Made by a program: the position numbers and the translations under genes
Notes under the pieces: model-generated
The model's database searches: none
Told to the model about the DNA's origin: nothing
Seen by the model: the letters and a program-made list of their open reading frames with translations, nothing else
From: Paraspadella gotoi
Lineage: Eukaryota > Animalia > Chaetognatha
DNA: 64,000 nt
Assembly: GCA_051294375.1 (NCBI GenBank)
Contig: CM119264.1
Span: forward strand, 12,154,263-12,218,262
Direction: 5' to 3'
In this document: piece after piece, positions 25,301 to 39,743 of the stretch
Layout: the number at the start of each line of letters is the position of its first letter
How positions within the stretch are numbered: position 1 is the stretch's first letter

Positions 25301-28300
25301 AATCAGAGCGAACTTGCTTTCTTTTCCCGTAGATCAAGGCTTCCACGGAATCGCAGTTCTTTTTGAAAATATGCAACTCCAAGCATTGATCCAAGAGAGA
25401 GCGACGGGCATCCCACGCTGTTTGAACCTGGAAAATGATTCACGATTAGGGATACGCTTTTAAAACTTTTTTTCTTTGATTTCTTACCTCAGACTCCATA
25501 GTTTTTAGTTTACTGACACACTTGTCGATTTCCTCGCTGTTATAGTGCTTCTCCTCGAGCAACTTAAGTCCGGCCTCTTTGGCCTCAACGAATTTTTCCC
25601 TTTTGCCTTTTATTTCAGTGAGAGTGTCATTGTGCTCACTTAAGCTCGTTTCCGTGGAAACAAGATCGCGCGGGAGTTCCGCCGGAGACATCCGCCTGAA
25701 TTCAATGAAAAAAAAAATATAGAATAAGGAAAAAAGAAGATTGAGGATTGTCTATATAAAATCCGAGGATTGGTTGTTTTTGTAAACGTAGGCGGGAATA
25801 ATTTTGGAGAAAACCCTTTGCGATGGAGAGTTCCGTTTCCAACATAGTTAAGAAATGGAACGAAAACCGTCGCATCGGAAGTTCCCTCGATGAGTTATGG
25901 TGCGCGCTGAAAGATGAACCTCATGTCGCACTTTTGACCATATTATTGAAAAGTGTCGTCGAGGCCAACCGATTCGAGGAATTGTCGACGTTGGTGTTGT
26001 CATCATTCAACCGTCGAAAAGCAAAAGATCCAAGTATTAAACTGGGAATGAAATTTGGCCCTTTTTTCCCGTAAGCAAATAAAATATGAAACATCTCAAA
26101 GGTCTCCCATTGGACGAGCGACCATCGCATGACGTCAAGTATCGATCGCTACAACTCTGCCACTACATTCCAGAACAATTCGACGATCTGGCGAAAGCGT
26201 TTCAATGGGAAACGGAGAGGGGAGATGATTGGCATCGGGAGCTATGGAACGTCCTCGAGGAACTCTCGGTAATGGACGATCTACTCGGACTGAAGCTGGC
26301 GGAACTGACTGACGTTCCCTTGGATACCAACTCTTGGGATAAAGTTTTCTGGGCGTCTTTTTTGTCCACGAACAACTCGAAGAAAAATATTCTGAAACAA
26401 GTTTGTAAAAGGGACCGAGAGATTGCCCGACGAATAGAAAATTTTCTCCAACGCAACGCAAACATGGACATCTTTGCAAAAAGGCGCCAAATTGTCGTTT
26501 TTAATCTCGAGGAGGAGTTCGTTGATCCGAATTTTTGCAACGACGATTTTTTCCAAGAATATCAAAGATTATTAAACCACACCGTCATCAAGTAAACGCT
26601 AATTGTTTTTGTTTATCCGAACCGAAAGTGTCAATGATTCACGATAACGCCATTTGAACGCAGATATGAGAAAGAGCCAAATTACGAATTCGTCGATTCG
26701 AAACCACAAATACTTACCGGATGATATCGGCGGACCAAGTGTTGAGGTCGGCGTATTGGGAATACAAGCGATGCCATTCGTGAGCGTCGGCCAACTTGCG
26801 CCGACGCTGCGTCTCTAGGTCTTCCAAACGTTTCCAATTTCCGCTCGTATCGACGAACTTTATGCGAATGTCTTTTTCCTTGTTCGGATACTTTTTCATA
26901 AGTTTCGTTCCGACGTCTTAAGATAAATAAGAATAATTATAATGTTAATTGACAATAAACATTAAACAAGATCGGTTCATCCATTGTGTTGCGCCGCACT
27001 TTATTTTCACGTGTATTTCCCTTTGATCACATGATATGACATGACATGACCTGACATGACTTGACTAAAAAACTTTCGTGTATTTATGATGTACACTGCA
27101 TTAAAATTCCGTCTTTTATTCCTCATAGTTTTAGGATTTCCTGAAGTCGGCGCTATAAATCCTTTAGATTTGAGTTTTTTTTCTGTCATTACAAATGAGC
27201 AACCGACTATAGGCAAATTATATGTATTTTTAAAGTAAGTGGGACAGACCGACGGACATAAATTCCGACCGACCGACCGTCAAGTGACTTAAAAGAGTTC
27301 GCGTGGCAACTAAAAATCACGAAGAAACAGAGTCCATCGTTTTTCGTGTTACCTTCCAATTCCGCCTTTTTATCAGCAATGGCGGACATGTCCTTGACGA
27401 GAACTTCGTGCTTCCTTTGCAAGGCCTGGACTCCGGCGAGGTTCTTGCCCAGATCCTCGCTACCCATTAATGTCGCCTTTTCGTTGATGCGTTCGTTGAC
27501 GTCGTCAAATTCCCTATTAAAGGCGTGAACCTCCAACGCCGCCTCGAGTGCTTTTCTGTCATTAAAAGATTATGTTTTAAATATAATTATAAATCAATGC
27601 ATATCGTTTAATAAACTTTTCTGTATTTATAACGGGTTTTAAATTTAAAAAAAAATCACATTCTTTTAACCTATATTTCACAAGGCCGTCTTGTAGATTT
27701 GCCCATTTAACGTTAAGCAGATCACGTTTGTCTTTGATTTCTTGCGTTGTTTCTGGCCCCGCGCTCTCCAGAGTTGACAACTTTTCTGCCAACTGGTTAA
27801 TTTCTTTGATGGAGGAATCGTCCAGCTTCAACTTTTTGCCGGCAGAACCGTCGAGCTTCTTAATGATCTCTTGACAATGTTCATAGTCGTTTCCAAGTTC
27901 CTTCAGAAAGCGAAATAATAAATGAGCCGAATTTACATTGGAATCAAATGACTATTTGAAAACTTGCAAACTTACCTGGCTTGATATTAAGACTTCCTTT
28001 TCTTTTATCCATGACATCGCCTGATCCACCAAATCAAAATATTTTACGATGTCTTTAGCTTCAGCCAACTCCTTTCCTCGATCGGCAATGTTCTTCAAAA
28101 GACGATCCCAGTCAATTTGTAGCTTTTTACATTTTTCTTCGACTTCTTTCGAGTTAGGATGTTTCTTTTCCACGATAGATCGCCCAAGCTTTTGACAAGA
28201 TTCAATGCTAGGCGAATTTTTGTTGACCTTAAAAAGTGGACACGCAAATAAACCAAAACATCGCGTATTGTAAGAAGTAATAATTATATCAGACCTACCT

Positions 28301-31300
28301 CCGCCTCGAAGGCCTGATGCGCTTGCAATTTTTTGACTTTATCTTTAAAGTCCTTAATGTGCAGTACGTCGTCATCCAACGTCTTTTGCTTGGCGGCGAT
28401 CCATGCGTTAACTTCTTGATGATCCTGGATGAAGGTGTTGTACTGCAGCGACTCCTCCAACTTGTACCTTCTCTCGTTGGCCATTCGTTGAATGTTCTCG
28501 CGCCGAGAGGTCACTTCGTTTATTCTCTTTCCAATGTTCTCAGCGTCAAAATTTTTCTCCTCAACAAGTTTGTTCCCGAAAAGAGACACAGATTTAAGCT
28601 TCTCATTCTGAACTCCGAGAAGCTTCTCGAAAGCCTCATGGTTTTTGATAAGATTTTGGACAGCCTCCACAGAGGCGCCGAGGTCCGTGTTTTGCAAATA
28701 GTTCTCCTGGGCCGTGCTGGCGCTCTCTAAGTGACTGAGGTCTCGATAAAAGATTTGCTGCTTTACCAGCTGCAGGAGATACTCATTTCGTGTCTGCCAA
28801 GAGTTGTGAAGCTTCTCCCTCATTTCCAGCAGAGCCTGCAATCTCTCGTGTATATCCGACGCAGCGTAGTGACCGTCTTCGATCATGGCGTTGCCCGCAC
28901 CGACCAAGTTGCTGAATGTTGTCTCGCGGGCCTCGATTTCTGGCCAGATATTGGTATGACCCTCATGGATCTGCACTGCACTATCAACATCATTAGCGAC
29001 CACATCGACGGTTATTTGCTTCTCTGTCTCTGACATCCAATTCGTGAGATCCTTGCACTCAGCAAGAAGACGCTGTAAATCGTAAGCCATAATGAGTTCG
29101 GACCGACGGGTGGTCACTTTGTCCTGCAGAACTTCCCAGCGTTGCACCACATAAGATTGCTGCTCTGCGATACGATCCGCGTTCTCCCCGGGATAAACTG
29201 TCTTCAAGTTTTCAGCGTCGTCAACGACGATTTGCAATTGCGCCTCAAGAGCCACGAGCTCGTTTTCATATCCCTCATGCTTTCGCTGCAACATTTGCAC
29301 AGTGTACACGTCCTTGCCCAAATCGGCAGACATGGCTGTCTCCTTCTCTTGCATGCGCGTGACAGCATCGTCGACATCACGGTTGAACGTGTGCACCTCG
29401 AGGGCGGCCTTTAGAGATGAGTCGCGGTCGCGGAGTAGATCGTTCAGTGATTTCCACTTGGTCGTCAGGTCGGAGCGACGCTCAACAACTTCAGGTTTCA
29501 TCGACCAATTTCCGTCTATGATTTCCGATGCAAGACTCTCGCACTTGTTGTATCTGTCGGTCCCCGTTCCCTCCACGTTAGATTTCAAGTCGGCGAATTT
29601 CGAAATCAACGCCTGACAATGCTCGTAATCCTGAGGAAAGGAAAATAATACCTATAATTTATTTTCTTGTTTATAAATCGTTTGAAAATTTAAGTACAAA
29701 GTGTTAAAGACTTCAGAATCGTGCTTATCCATTGGATATTTAAAATATCCAATGAATCAATTGTTGATGTTTATAAAATATGTCGCCATTAGTCTTCAAC
29801 ACAAAGATATTTTATATAACTATTAGACGTTAAATAATGGAAATTTTTAATTTACCTCGCCAAAATCCTGAGACGAGGCCAACTGAGATTTTTCCGCGAT
29901 GTAATCCAGCATATCAGTAGATTCCGACATGTATTCGTGATACCGCAAGTATCGCGAGAGCATCTTGCCCCTGTTGTCCGAGAGTTTGCTCAAACTCTCG
30001 GAGGCGCTCTTCAATTCGCCCTGCTTCTTAGCGATGAGATGGGATTCTGCAGGCTTTTTTTCTATGAGGTTCTTCCCTTGATCGATGATCCCGTCGCTCA
30101 TTTTGTTATAGGTTTTCAAATCGATTTCGAACGCCTGGTGACGATTTATCAAGCGCTCGGTGGCGTCCTTATCTTTTCCCGGATCCGTGCGACCTTCGAG
30201 CGATGTTTTCTTTTCAAGCATCCAGCCTACATAAGATGGAAACAATACTTAAATAAATCTCTCTAGATTCCTTCATTTTGAAAGATATTACAGGTTATTA
30301 ATTTTTATGGAAATAAGAATTATTGGTATAAATTTTATTAAAATTTGACAACTACTAAAACAGCGCGTTTGAGCAGAAGAAAATTTACGTATTTTTACTT
30401 CTGTCTGTGCTTGCAAAAGGTGTGGTTTTTTATAACAGATCGTATTGTTCTTATAATTTTTCCCACTGTTATTTAACTATGGTGATATTAACACATTCAA
30501 TTGATTTTTTTTATATTTTCCGAAAAGAGCTGGACATATACATATACAAATATGAAAATGGCAAAATTACTTGTTTCACTATTTTAACGTTTAGATTTTA
30601 AAATATTCATTATAATTATTTATTACAAATGATATATTTGTTATTTTTATTATTTTATATATATTACATATATTTTTATCCTATTGCCTTATTGGCTATT
30701 TTAATTTCTTAACATTTTTAAAAAAATAAACTGTGCTACTGCTATGAAATTTAAAAGAACACTTAGTTGATTATTTTTTTCTTTAAATAGTCTCACCTTC
30801 AACTTCCGCAGCGTCGTGGAAAAATTGATGAACGTTGAGATTGAGATCGATGAGTTTTCTCCTTTCGACGGCGGCTTCGCCCAGCGACTTCCAGTCGCTT
30901 TTTAACTCTTCGCACTTTTTGTTGATGTCGTCGGAGGCAAAGTGCTTGTCCGCGACGAGTTGGGCGCCGTTGTTAAGCGTGGCGTTAATTTGTGTTTGGT
31001 GACCCACGATCTCCTGCTCCAGGACATGGTGCTTCTTGTCCATGCGTTGTGCCTGTAACAGGTCTTTACCGACTTCCTTGGAAGTCGCCTTGGGCATTCG
31101 CTCGGCGATCCACAGTTTCTCGTTGTCGATGTCAAAGTAGAAGAGAAACATTTTAACAGACTTGTTGAGCTCCTCGTGTCGTTTTTTCATCGGCTTCTTC
31201 AAATGATCAAACCGGGCGACCACCTTTTTAATCGAATCATTGATGCCTTTGGCGTCGAAGTGACCCTCTGCCGCCAGTTTTTCTCCATCTTTAACCAGCT

Positions 31301-34300
31301 TTTCAGTTTTGCCCAACATGACGTCCTTATCCTTTTCTAAACTCTTATGAAGACCTAACAGTTTTTTTGCCGCCCTCAAATCCGCGCCAGTGTCCTTGTT
31401 TTTCAACTTCGTCTCAGCCATGTCCAACCACTCATGAAGATCCTTCAAATTTCCATTCAGGGCTTTTTGCTGAATTGCCTGGTTAAGCATGTGACTCTTG
31501 GAGTTGGGGCCTTTGCCCGTTGTCTTGTCGGCCAGGTCCATCCATTTATCCTTTGTTTTGTCGAGGATGTCCGCGATTTCCGGCGAGGCGTAGTGATCTT
31601 CGTTAATTAGCTCTTGGCCCCGACGATCGAGGTCGTCGAGGCGCGGCTTATTGGCGTTAATCTCGGCTACCAGCGTTTCGTGCTTCTGCAACTGGTCCTC
31701 CAAGTTTCCAAGATCCTTGAAGGAATCGTCGTCGACGAGCTTGGACTTTTCGTCGGCCCAAGCGTTGAGCTCCGCAGCGTCTCGCTTCAGTTCTTGGAAA
31801 TCGTGAGCGTCTTCGAGAAGTTTGCTCCTCTTTTCGGCAGAGTCTTTGACAGCCTGGCGACGCTTTTCTACGTCGTTGTATCTTTTGTCCATGAGATCCA
31901 GGTTCGGATGTTGGTCCGCTTTGTGCGACTCCAGTTTTTCGGCCAAATTTTGCATGGGAACGTCTCCGGCGCGAATTTTATTGAGAAATTCTTCGTGGTT
32001 TTTCATGAGGTTTTCAACGTCGTCAAGAGAGTTCCCTAACTCGTTGAAATCAAGGAAGGCTTCGTGACTGGCGGTGGCCGCATCTATTTGGTCAGCGTCC
32101 TTCATGAATTGCGCCAGCTTTAGGTCGTCCTCTAGTTTGTTCTGCGACGTCTTCCAGTCGTTTTCAACTTTGACTAAGAGAGCCTGAAGCTCGTTGTTGT
32201 CAACTTTGATCTTTGCAGCTTCGGGACTTTTTCCGCGCGCTAATTTCTGCGCCAACTTATCCAGGTCTTCGAAACGAGGTTTGTTTAACTCGATGTCGTC
32301 CTTGAGAGCCGCGTGCTTTTCTAAATTATCTTTGCAGGCTTCCACATCTCTACCGGGAGGGTAATCCTTCATAGCCTGACTTGTTTTTTGGGCCCAATCC
32401 TTGAGATCTTTCGAGTCGTGCTCTAGCCGCTGCGATCCGTAAGAGTCGTCCAGCTTGGCTTTGCGTTTCATAAGCTTGTCCAGTAGCTCATCGAAGAGAG
32501 CTTTCACGTCCGAATGCTTGCCGCGAATCTTATCCTTTTCGTTCGGAAACTTTTCCTCACATATCTTCGCCAACTCGGCCAGGGTTTCCATTTTGTCCTT
32601 GACGGATTCGGCCTCGCGCTCGAGATTCTGCTGCTGTCGCATCTGTTGATTGATGTCCTTGGCCGGGTTCTTTTCCATGTTGTCCAGGACGTTCAACCGG
32701 TCCTTGAGAAACTCTTCCAATTCCCCCGCCAATTCGTTGAAGTTTTCGATTGAGGCCGAATTCTCGATGACCTTGGCTCTCTCTTCCTTTTTGCCCACCA
32801 AGTCTTTCCAGGTCAGGTTGACCTTCTCCTTTCGAGGTTCTATCAGCTCTGAATCGATGCCCGACTCGACGCAGTCCGCTGCCTGAGCATTAATGTCATC
32901 CAATCGCAGTTGACCCTGAGTGTCAATTTCTTTGTTGACGTCGTCGAAGCGGCGTTTTGCAGCCTGAGGAAAAAGGGCGCTTTAGAAAGGAAGGATCGTA
33001 TTCCTTTCGGATTTGTAACCAATTCATTGAATTGTACTAAAAATACTAAAAAATAATTCGATTCTAGAAAGATGATAAAGTTGACACGCTCAATTCTTAA
33101 ACTTACGTTGGCGTCTTCGGCAAAATTGTCGTGATCTGGGTTGAGCGCGGCCTCCTTTTCCGCCATCCAATTGTCGAATTCGTCGCAGGTCCAGTTGAAC
33201 TTGTATAGGCGACACGCTTCTTCCAAACCCTTTCGTCTGAAAAAAAAAAAGACGAAAATATTCAAAACGAAAAATACGGTATGTAATTTAAACTTCAAAA
33301 ATTGGATTTAGTTTCAGACTTGAGAGGTGCACCAATCAACTCAAATGAAGAGCCCAGAAGACGCACCTGTTTTCGGCCTCGACCTTGAGTGTGGCGTACT
33401 GCGCGTCGATACTTTGCTGCCGTTTTTTAATGTTTTCCCGATCGAAGTGAGGATTTTCTTTGCTCCTGAGACTCGGCATTCGTCGAAGGCCTTTGGCGTC
33501 TTTCTTGCCACCCATTGGAGTCCGACTGCGCTTCTTCTGCTTAACCTTCTTCTTTTCCATCACAGTCTTTTTCACTTTGACCGTTTCCGGCACCAAAACC
33601 GTCTTTGGCTTCGAAACCTATGGGTGAGCAGTTAAATGAGAAAATTAGAACTTATATATCGAATAGCTAAACTTGACTCTAGTGCCAATAGGTGTCTCGC
33701 CTGAATCAGTTTGGGATCGATCTCTTTAGTGTAATTAGCCGGGACGAAGTTTTCGGCTCCATCGGTTTTGCGCACGAGCCACCAATCCGTGTTAGTCTTA
33801 TTGAGCAGGATCAGTTTCTCTTTTTTGGCCACTTTGATTCCCTGTCCTTCGTAGGCGTACAGCATCATGACCTATAGACAGAAAATTAAAAATAAAAAAA
33901 ATAGTAATCGGATAATCAACGTGGGCTAGGGCGTTTCGAGATCCAGACCTGAGGAACTTTCTTCTCTTCCGTCACTTTTTCAACGACTTCCCTTTGACGA
34001 ATCTCCTCCACTTCTATTTCCTTTGGAACCTCTATTTCTACTTCCTCGTCAGATCCGCTGTCTTCGATAAAATCCTGAAAAGAGTTCGGATCAATTAACA
34101 ACTCGTTACTAAAATCGTTTTATAAAATATTAGTGGATCTTCAATTTCCAAATTCATCTCACTTGCGCCGTGAGCGATTTGCTCATGAGGCCCTGGTTCG
34201 ATTTGTTCTTGACTTCGTCTTCCTGGGCCTTGGCGATCAAAGATGCCGTATTTTCCAATCGATCGATCTCTTCTTGATAAGTGGTAATGTCGTTTTCCAA

Positions 34301-37300
34301 TTGACCGTGACTGAACGCGGGGGAAAAAACTCATCAAACAGTAGCTGACTAAACTTGACGACAAAAATAACGATTTATCGTCAACGAGCGTTGTAACGCT
34401 GGACCGGTTACGCCCAATCCATAATCATGAGCGAAGCCCGATCAGAAAAAATCGTCGCGAGCCGTGTACAAGACGAAGTCGCGGACAGTAGGACGACGAC
34501 GGAATCCCTCGTCGAAATGATCAAAGTGAGACAGTTCTGCTTTTCGGTCTACGTTAAGTGAAGGGCTTCATTCAATATCCTTTAAATTCTAAGGATCGAG
34601 AAGAAGAACTTCGCCGGCTAACCGACGAGTTGCGTTGGGAGCGAGAAACCCGTCTGAAGGAAAAGAATCGCTTGATGGCGGCCCAAGAAAAGAGTTATAG
34701 TTTAGAAGGTGCTTGGTAACCTATCAAAACTTGCTATCGTATAACATTTCACAGATTTAAAAAAAAAAAACGGCGCGCAGCGGAAGTTAGGAACCTTCGT
34801 CAAAACATTCGTGAATTGAGAATCGAACTGAGAAGCTTAGATCGCGCGCTGAAGGAATCTAAGGAAGAGAGGAAGACGGCGGAAAGACGGATCAATTCCT
34901 TACGCCAAATCGTGGCTCGACTGGAACGGGAGGGCGTACGGCAGGAGTCTGAGAACAGATACCTTTATTCCCGAATGAAGGCAAGAGCACAAATTGTCGA
35001 GATTTACATGATAATTAGTTAAACATACATGGTGACAATTTTACAAGCGCCGGTAGAAATATGCTGTCATTTGCAAACCAGTGGTTATTTCATTGATTTT
35101 AAAAATTAGTTGAGTAGAATATACTAAAACTATTTATATGTTAAAATTTTATATTGATCAGTTAAGATATGCCCTGACAATGAGTGGAGAAAGTTGGCTT
35201 TCACTGTTTTTAAATTCTTTTTTTTTTTAACATTTAACACTTTTTTAAACAAAGTATTTATTAAAATATTAACAATATTAATATCCTCAGAAAGCCCTTA
35301 AAAATATGAAGAGATTGATATACTTACGAAAGATCTAACATAAAAAGTAAGCTGCCCAGCCTTGGTTCAATTAAAAGTATCACAAGTAAATTATTTAAAA
35401 TTTTAAATCTTTTTTTAAAATATCTGACCTGTTTAAATTATTATAACAAAAATATTATTATTTATATAAGTATCATGAAAGAGCTTAAGAAAAAAAGATT
35501 TAAGATAGCCAATCACAATTTAATAAAAATCATAAATTTACTCTCCAGCTATTGATTTTTAAAAAGATGTCTCGTTTTTGAATATCCTAATTAAATTAAA
35601 GATGGGCCAATTAAATTTTATACTACAGTATTTGTAAGTATATAATTCTCTTCATATTTTTAAAGGCTTTCTGAGGATATTAATATTATTAATATTTTAA
35701 TAAATACTTTGTTTCAAAAAGTGCTAAAAGTTTTCAAAAAAAATTGAATTTAAAAACAGTGAGTTGGAAAATGAAATCCGTTTTGAAAAGCCAACTTTCT
35801 CCACTCATTGTCAAGGCATATCTTAACTGATCAATATAAAATTTTAACACATAAATAGTTTTAATATTTTCTACTGAACTAAATTTTAATGAAATAACCA
35901 CTGGTTTGTAAATGACAGCATATTTTTACCGGCGCTTGTAAAATTGTCACCATGTAATAAAAAATGTACTTTAGGATACAAAGAAATCTCTTGAATCGGA
36001 GCGCCATAACGCGGAGGAATTTCGTCGTATTAGCTTCGAAAGGGAAAAGGCACAATCCTTCGGAGCGAGCGACGCTTTCACACCACAAATAGACGATTAC
36101 AGGGGAAAGTCGAAAAATTGTAATAGAAACCAAAACAGAAGAGAAGGAAGACGACGTCGAGAGGAGCGGGTAAGTTTATTTCTTGAAAATCAGAGCGATG
36201 ACATTTTGAGCGGTTTATTAAAACAAAAAAAAACAAAAAAAAACAAAAAAAAAAACAGGAAACCAATACGTATCACGAGGATTTGAGAAAGTGCACTTGT
36301 GACTAAGACAAGTTCGGTAACTTTTGAATTTATAACATTGTCATAACTTTGTCATCCAAGATTCTTTTTTCCTTCAGATATTAAGAGAAAAAACGAATCA
36401 TAAGCGGAAGAAGCAAAAGAACGTGTTATTGATCAAATAACAACGTAACAAAAAAGTAATGTTTGGTCCAAATAAAAAGCGTTTAAAGAAACTCACCGGT
36501 TGAGCAAAGATCGAGCACTGGCCTCGTCTTTGCCGTAGTCGTCGTCTTTGGCCAAAGGCATTTTCTCTCTGATCCAAGACTCGGCCACGTTGGCATCAGC
36601 GTAATAGGTATGACTCTCCTGCGCGTCTTCCAGCTTCTTCCTTCTGCCCTTGGCCAAATCTCGAAGTCGGTCCCATCGATCCTTGAGATCCTGAGCCCGA
36701 CAAAGCGTTTACAGTTCAACTTTTCTAGTTTTAATAATATTATTAGGAGGCACCTCGCATTTTTGTTTGACTTCTTCAGCCTCTTCGTGACCCGACTTAA
36801 CCAAAACATCACCAGCTCGGCAAGCGGCTTGACATCTCGGCCTGCGACAAAAAAGAAAAAAAAAACTAAATTCCTTATCGACCCAACTCATTCCAAGTCT
36901 CACTCACCATCTCGCCTTCAATTCGTCCTCCAAACCCTCGTGCTTTTTTATCAATCTGGCGACCGACTGCAGGTCGCTCCCTGTTTCGGTGTTCTTGAGA
37001 ATTTTGATCCTGTCGCTGACCCAAGCCTCCTCTTCCTCCACGTTAGCGACGAATTGATGATACTTTTTTGCCGTCTCCAGGTTGTTCTTTCGTTTCCGAG
37101 CCAAGTCCTCCACTTTGTTCAATTCTTGGTTGAGCGCTTCCAAGGTTTGAGGCAACAGAGCCACGGGAGCATCGCCGGCGGCTCCGAGAATGGCCTAGAG
37201 ATAGATAAATGGTCAACGATTTCATAATTTTGTCGCAAATAGGAAAGAGTTCAAAGAAACTCATGTACTTACTTGCTTAGGAAGCTGTTTGTTGACTTTG

Positions 37301-39743
37301 TCGTTAAGGGCCTTGACCCTTTCCCCCTTGGCTTTAATTTCCGTCTCAAGTAGTGCGTGTTTTTGCAAAAGATCTTCGGTCGCCAACAGGTGACGTCCAC
37401 ATTCCTATCAAATCAATATAAGAATAGAAACCAAAAAAAACTTATCACGGTCGTGCTTCTTTTTTCACCTTGGCTTCTAACTGTGGCTCGAGCTCTTTGA
37501 GAGAAGACAAAAGGGCTTCGATTTCTCTCAAAGCGTCCATGCGTTGAGAGAGGTCGTCGAGAATTTCCTGACGCCCCTTCAGTGAATCCAGCAGTTTAGC
37601 AAATCTGAAGCGAAAAATAGACTACTACAGCTACTCAACATAGCCTTGTCCTTTTAATTTTTTTCACCGGAGTTTAATTTTATGACAGAAATTCGAGATA
37701 TGCACAAAAATTAGTATCTTATACGACTATAAACAATTCGTCCACATCTCACCCGTTCCCGATCTCCCTGTCTCTCGTAACGATGCGGTCCTTGTCGTGA
37801 AAATTTTCGGCGAAGAGAGTCTGCGCCATGTCGTTGAGATCGCGGAATCGGTCGCGCCTTGCGAGGATGTCGGCGCTAATAGCCTCCTGCCGCTTGACGG
37901 CCGCTTCGATGCCCGAGGCCGTAGAGCCGAAACTTCGGTCCTCTACAACTTTGGACATGTCCTCTAGCCAGGACTCGCGGAGAGATCCCTTTTTGTCGAA
38001 TCGTTCTGCCAACTGTTCCAGCTTTTCCTGTCGATCCAACTCCTGTACGAGAGCGACCTCGCGGTTTCTCTCCGCATCCTCGAGACCCTTCCACGCCGTG
38101 TCAAGGTCGTGGAGTAGAAGACCCTTAGGCGGGACGTAGGGCCTTTCATTTTTAGGACGAAAGAAATGTTAGTACCCATTAGGTTGAACTATAACATTTT
38201 CGGATACTCACCTCATTTTATTGGCGTTTAACTTTGTTTGTATGTTGAGGAACTCTGATTCGATGTCACCTTTTTCCTCAAATTTAGGTGGCTTTTCTTG
38301 CAAGCGGTAATTCTTGAAATTCTGTAATTCGCCCTGAATTCCTTGAAGGTTGTTCGGAAAGTCCCTTCCATCGAGCTGCTCGGTTTTAGCAGTAGCCCAG
38401 TCAATCAGCGATTTCGCCGAAATTTCGTACTTGTGCTGAAGTTTGTCCAAGTCTTTGATCTTTTTCATGATGTTGGATATGCGACTGCCGAGGATACCTT
38501 CAAAGGGGGGACGGATTCATAGTTTTATTGAAGTTTATACTTGAAAGGGAATTTGAAAAAACTTATCACAAAACAAACTCACCCATCTTCTTCATCTCGG
38601 CGAACTTGTGATAATACTCGGCAACGTATGTCATGACGGACCGTTCGTCGGGATATTCGCGGTCCACGTCTTCCGCGTCGAGCAGTTTGGGAATTCCCAA
38701 CTCTCTCTCAGCGGTGTCGAAGGCAGAGTTTAAGTTGGTAATGTGATCCTGGGATGTCGATGGAGAAAATTAATTCTCTCGAGATGCAGGATTTTCTGCT
38801 CGGCGCTATACAGGCCTAAAAAATTAGAGAATCTGTCTCTTACCTCCGGATCGAGACGGTCGTAGTCGACGAGATCGGGGACGTGAGCGTGGAGCAGCGC
38901 GTTGAAGGCCATCCCGTCTCTCCAACTCTTGTGAAAGTTGGTTACATTGACGTGATCGTGACCGTCCGTCTTCCGCTGACACCATAACAACAACGCCTCC
39001 TTTGCCTTTCGCTTTGGACCCGTTGAGTCGGCGCCATCCTCCGCGTCGGGATCCTCGGCCACCTGAAAAGTTTTGGTCAAAATGAAATTTGTCCCGTTTT
39101 GTTTTTATCTCTTCGGCGCCTTTCGATCTCACTTGAATGTCTTGAATTTGAAATCGCAGGATGATAGTCCAAATGAGACCGAGGGTTAGCGTTTGATTTC
39201 CGTCCGTGATGTCTTCGGCCCCAATGTTTTCCAAGTAAACTTGCGTTTTCAGATATTCTAAACAACGATTCACGTTTTCCACCTTTTGGACTCTGTGAAG
39301 AAAACCGAAACAGTGAAATCATATCTGCAGATATAGATATAACGCTTGAATCGGAGCGTTATAAACCGATCCTTACCTCAAAACGCCCTTGTTTGGTTTG
39401 CCGATCTTCTTGCCCGCGATAATTTCCAGCAAGTCCATCAATCTTTTTCCATCTTTCAAATCTTCGAATAAATCTTTTATCTCCGGACATCCCTGAGAAT
39501 GGCAAACGAAAAATTAATGAAAATAACATTGGGAATTCGTAGGTTCTTTAATCTTTACCCATTGCCCAAACAACTTTAAAATTAATGAGCAACCTTTTTC
39601 TTTTTGAGATTGGAATTGACCCATTTGGTAAAGGTTTTTTTCTGAATTTGACTCCGCTCCTCCTTGAGGACTTCGATTCTCGTCGTCTCGAATTCGAGTC
39701 CCTCCTCGTCCTTCCCGTTGATCGCTACTTCCCCGCCCGGCAT
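19318..39743 (-). CDS. SPTBN5: Beta-Heavy spectrin (karst/sma-1/SPTBN5 type), many exons
   Basis: Tandem CH domains (IQKKTFTKWVN; LGLIWTIILRFQIQ; KEALLLWCQRKT), many spectrin repeats, an internal SH3 domain (33632-33868), a PH domain (EGPLERKH...RSWNAYY) and a basic tail GFGSFLKKKKDKS*. Confidence 0.92.
23925..24010. repeat. Dispersed repeat family A, partial copy in reverse orientation
   Basis: GATGGAGGCCTTAATCAACCAAAGCCTGTCCAAAGTCAGGGGCAAGA is the reverse complement of the family core. Confidence 0.8.
25823..26595 (+). CDS. Putative orphan gene nested antisense in a spectrin intron (25696-26717)
   Basis: Two adjacent ORFs (83 and 169 aa) of exon-like composition fill the intron. A GTAAG donor lies at 26071 and the nearest AG at 26101, but the join is 1 nt out of frame beside a T6 run. 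GGCGGGAA and ATTGG motifs lie upstream. Confidence 0.55.
34427..36440 (+). CDS. Putative coiled-coil protein gene nested antisense in a spectrin intron (34311-36496)
   Basis: Exons 34427-34525, 34594-34708, 34755-34980 (GC donor), 35975-36169 and possibly 36378-36440 give MSEARSEK...DREEELRRLTDELRWERE...LRIELRSLDRALKE. One frame slip is needed at the A12 run (34759-34770). Confidence 0.6.
35028..35954. mobile_element. MITE with long TIRs and TA target duplication (Tc1/mariner-like)
   Basis: TA|CATGGTGACAATTTTACAAGCGCCGGTA ... TACCGGCGCTTGTAAAATTGTCACCATG|TA. Inverted similarity extends about 300 bp inward. Confidence 0.9.
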
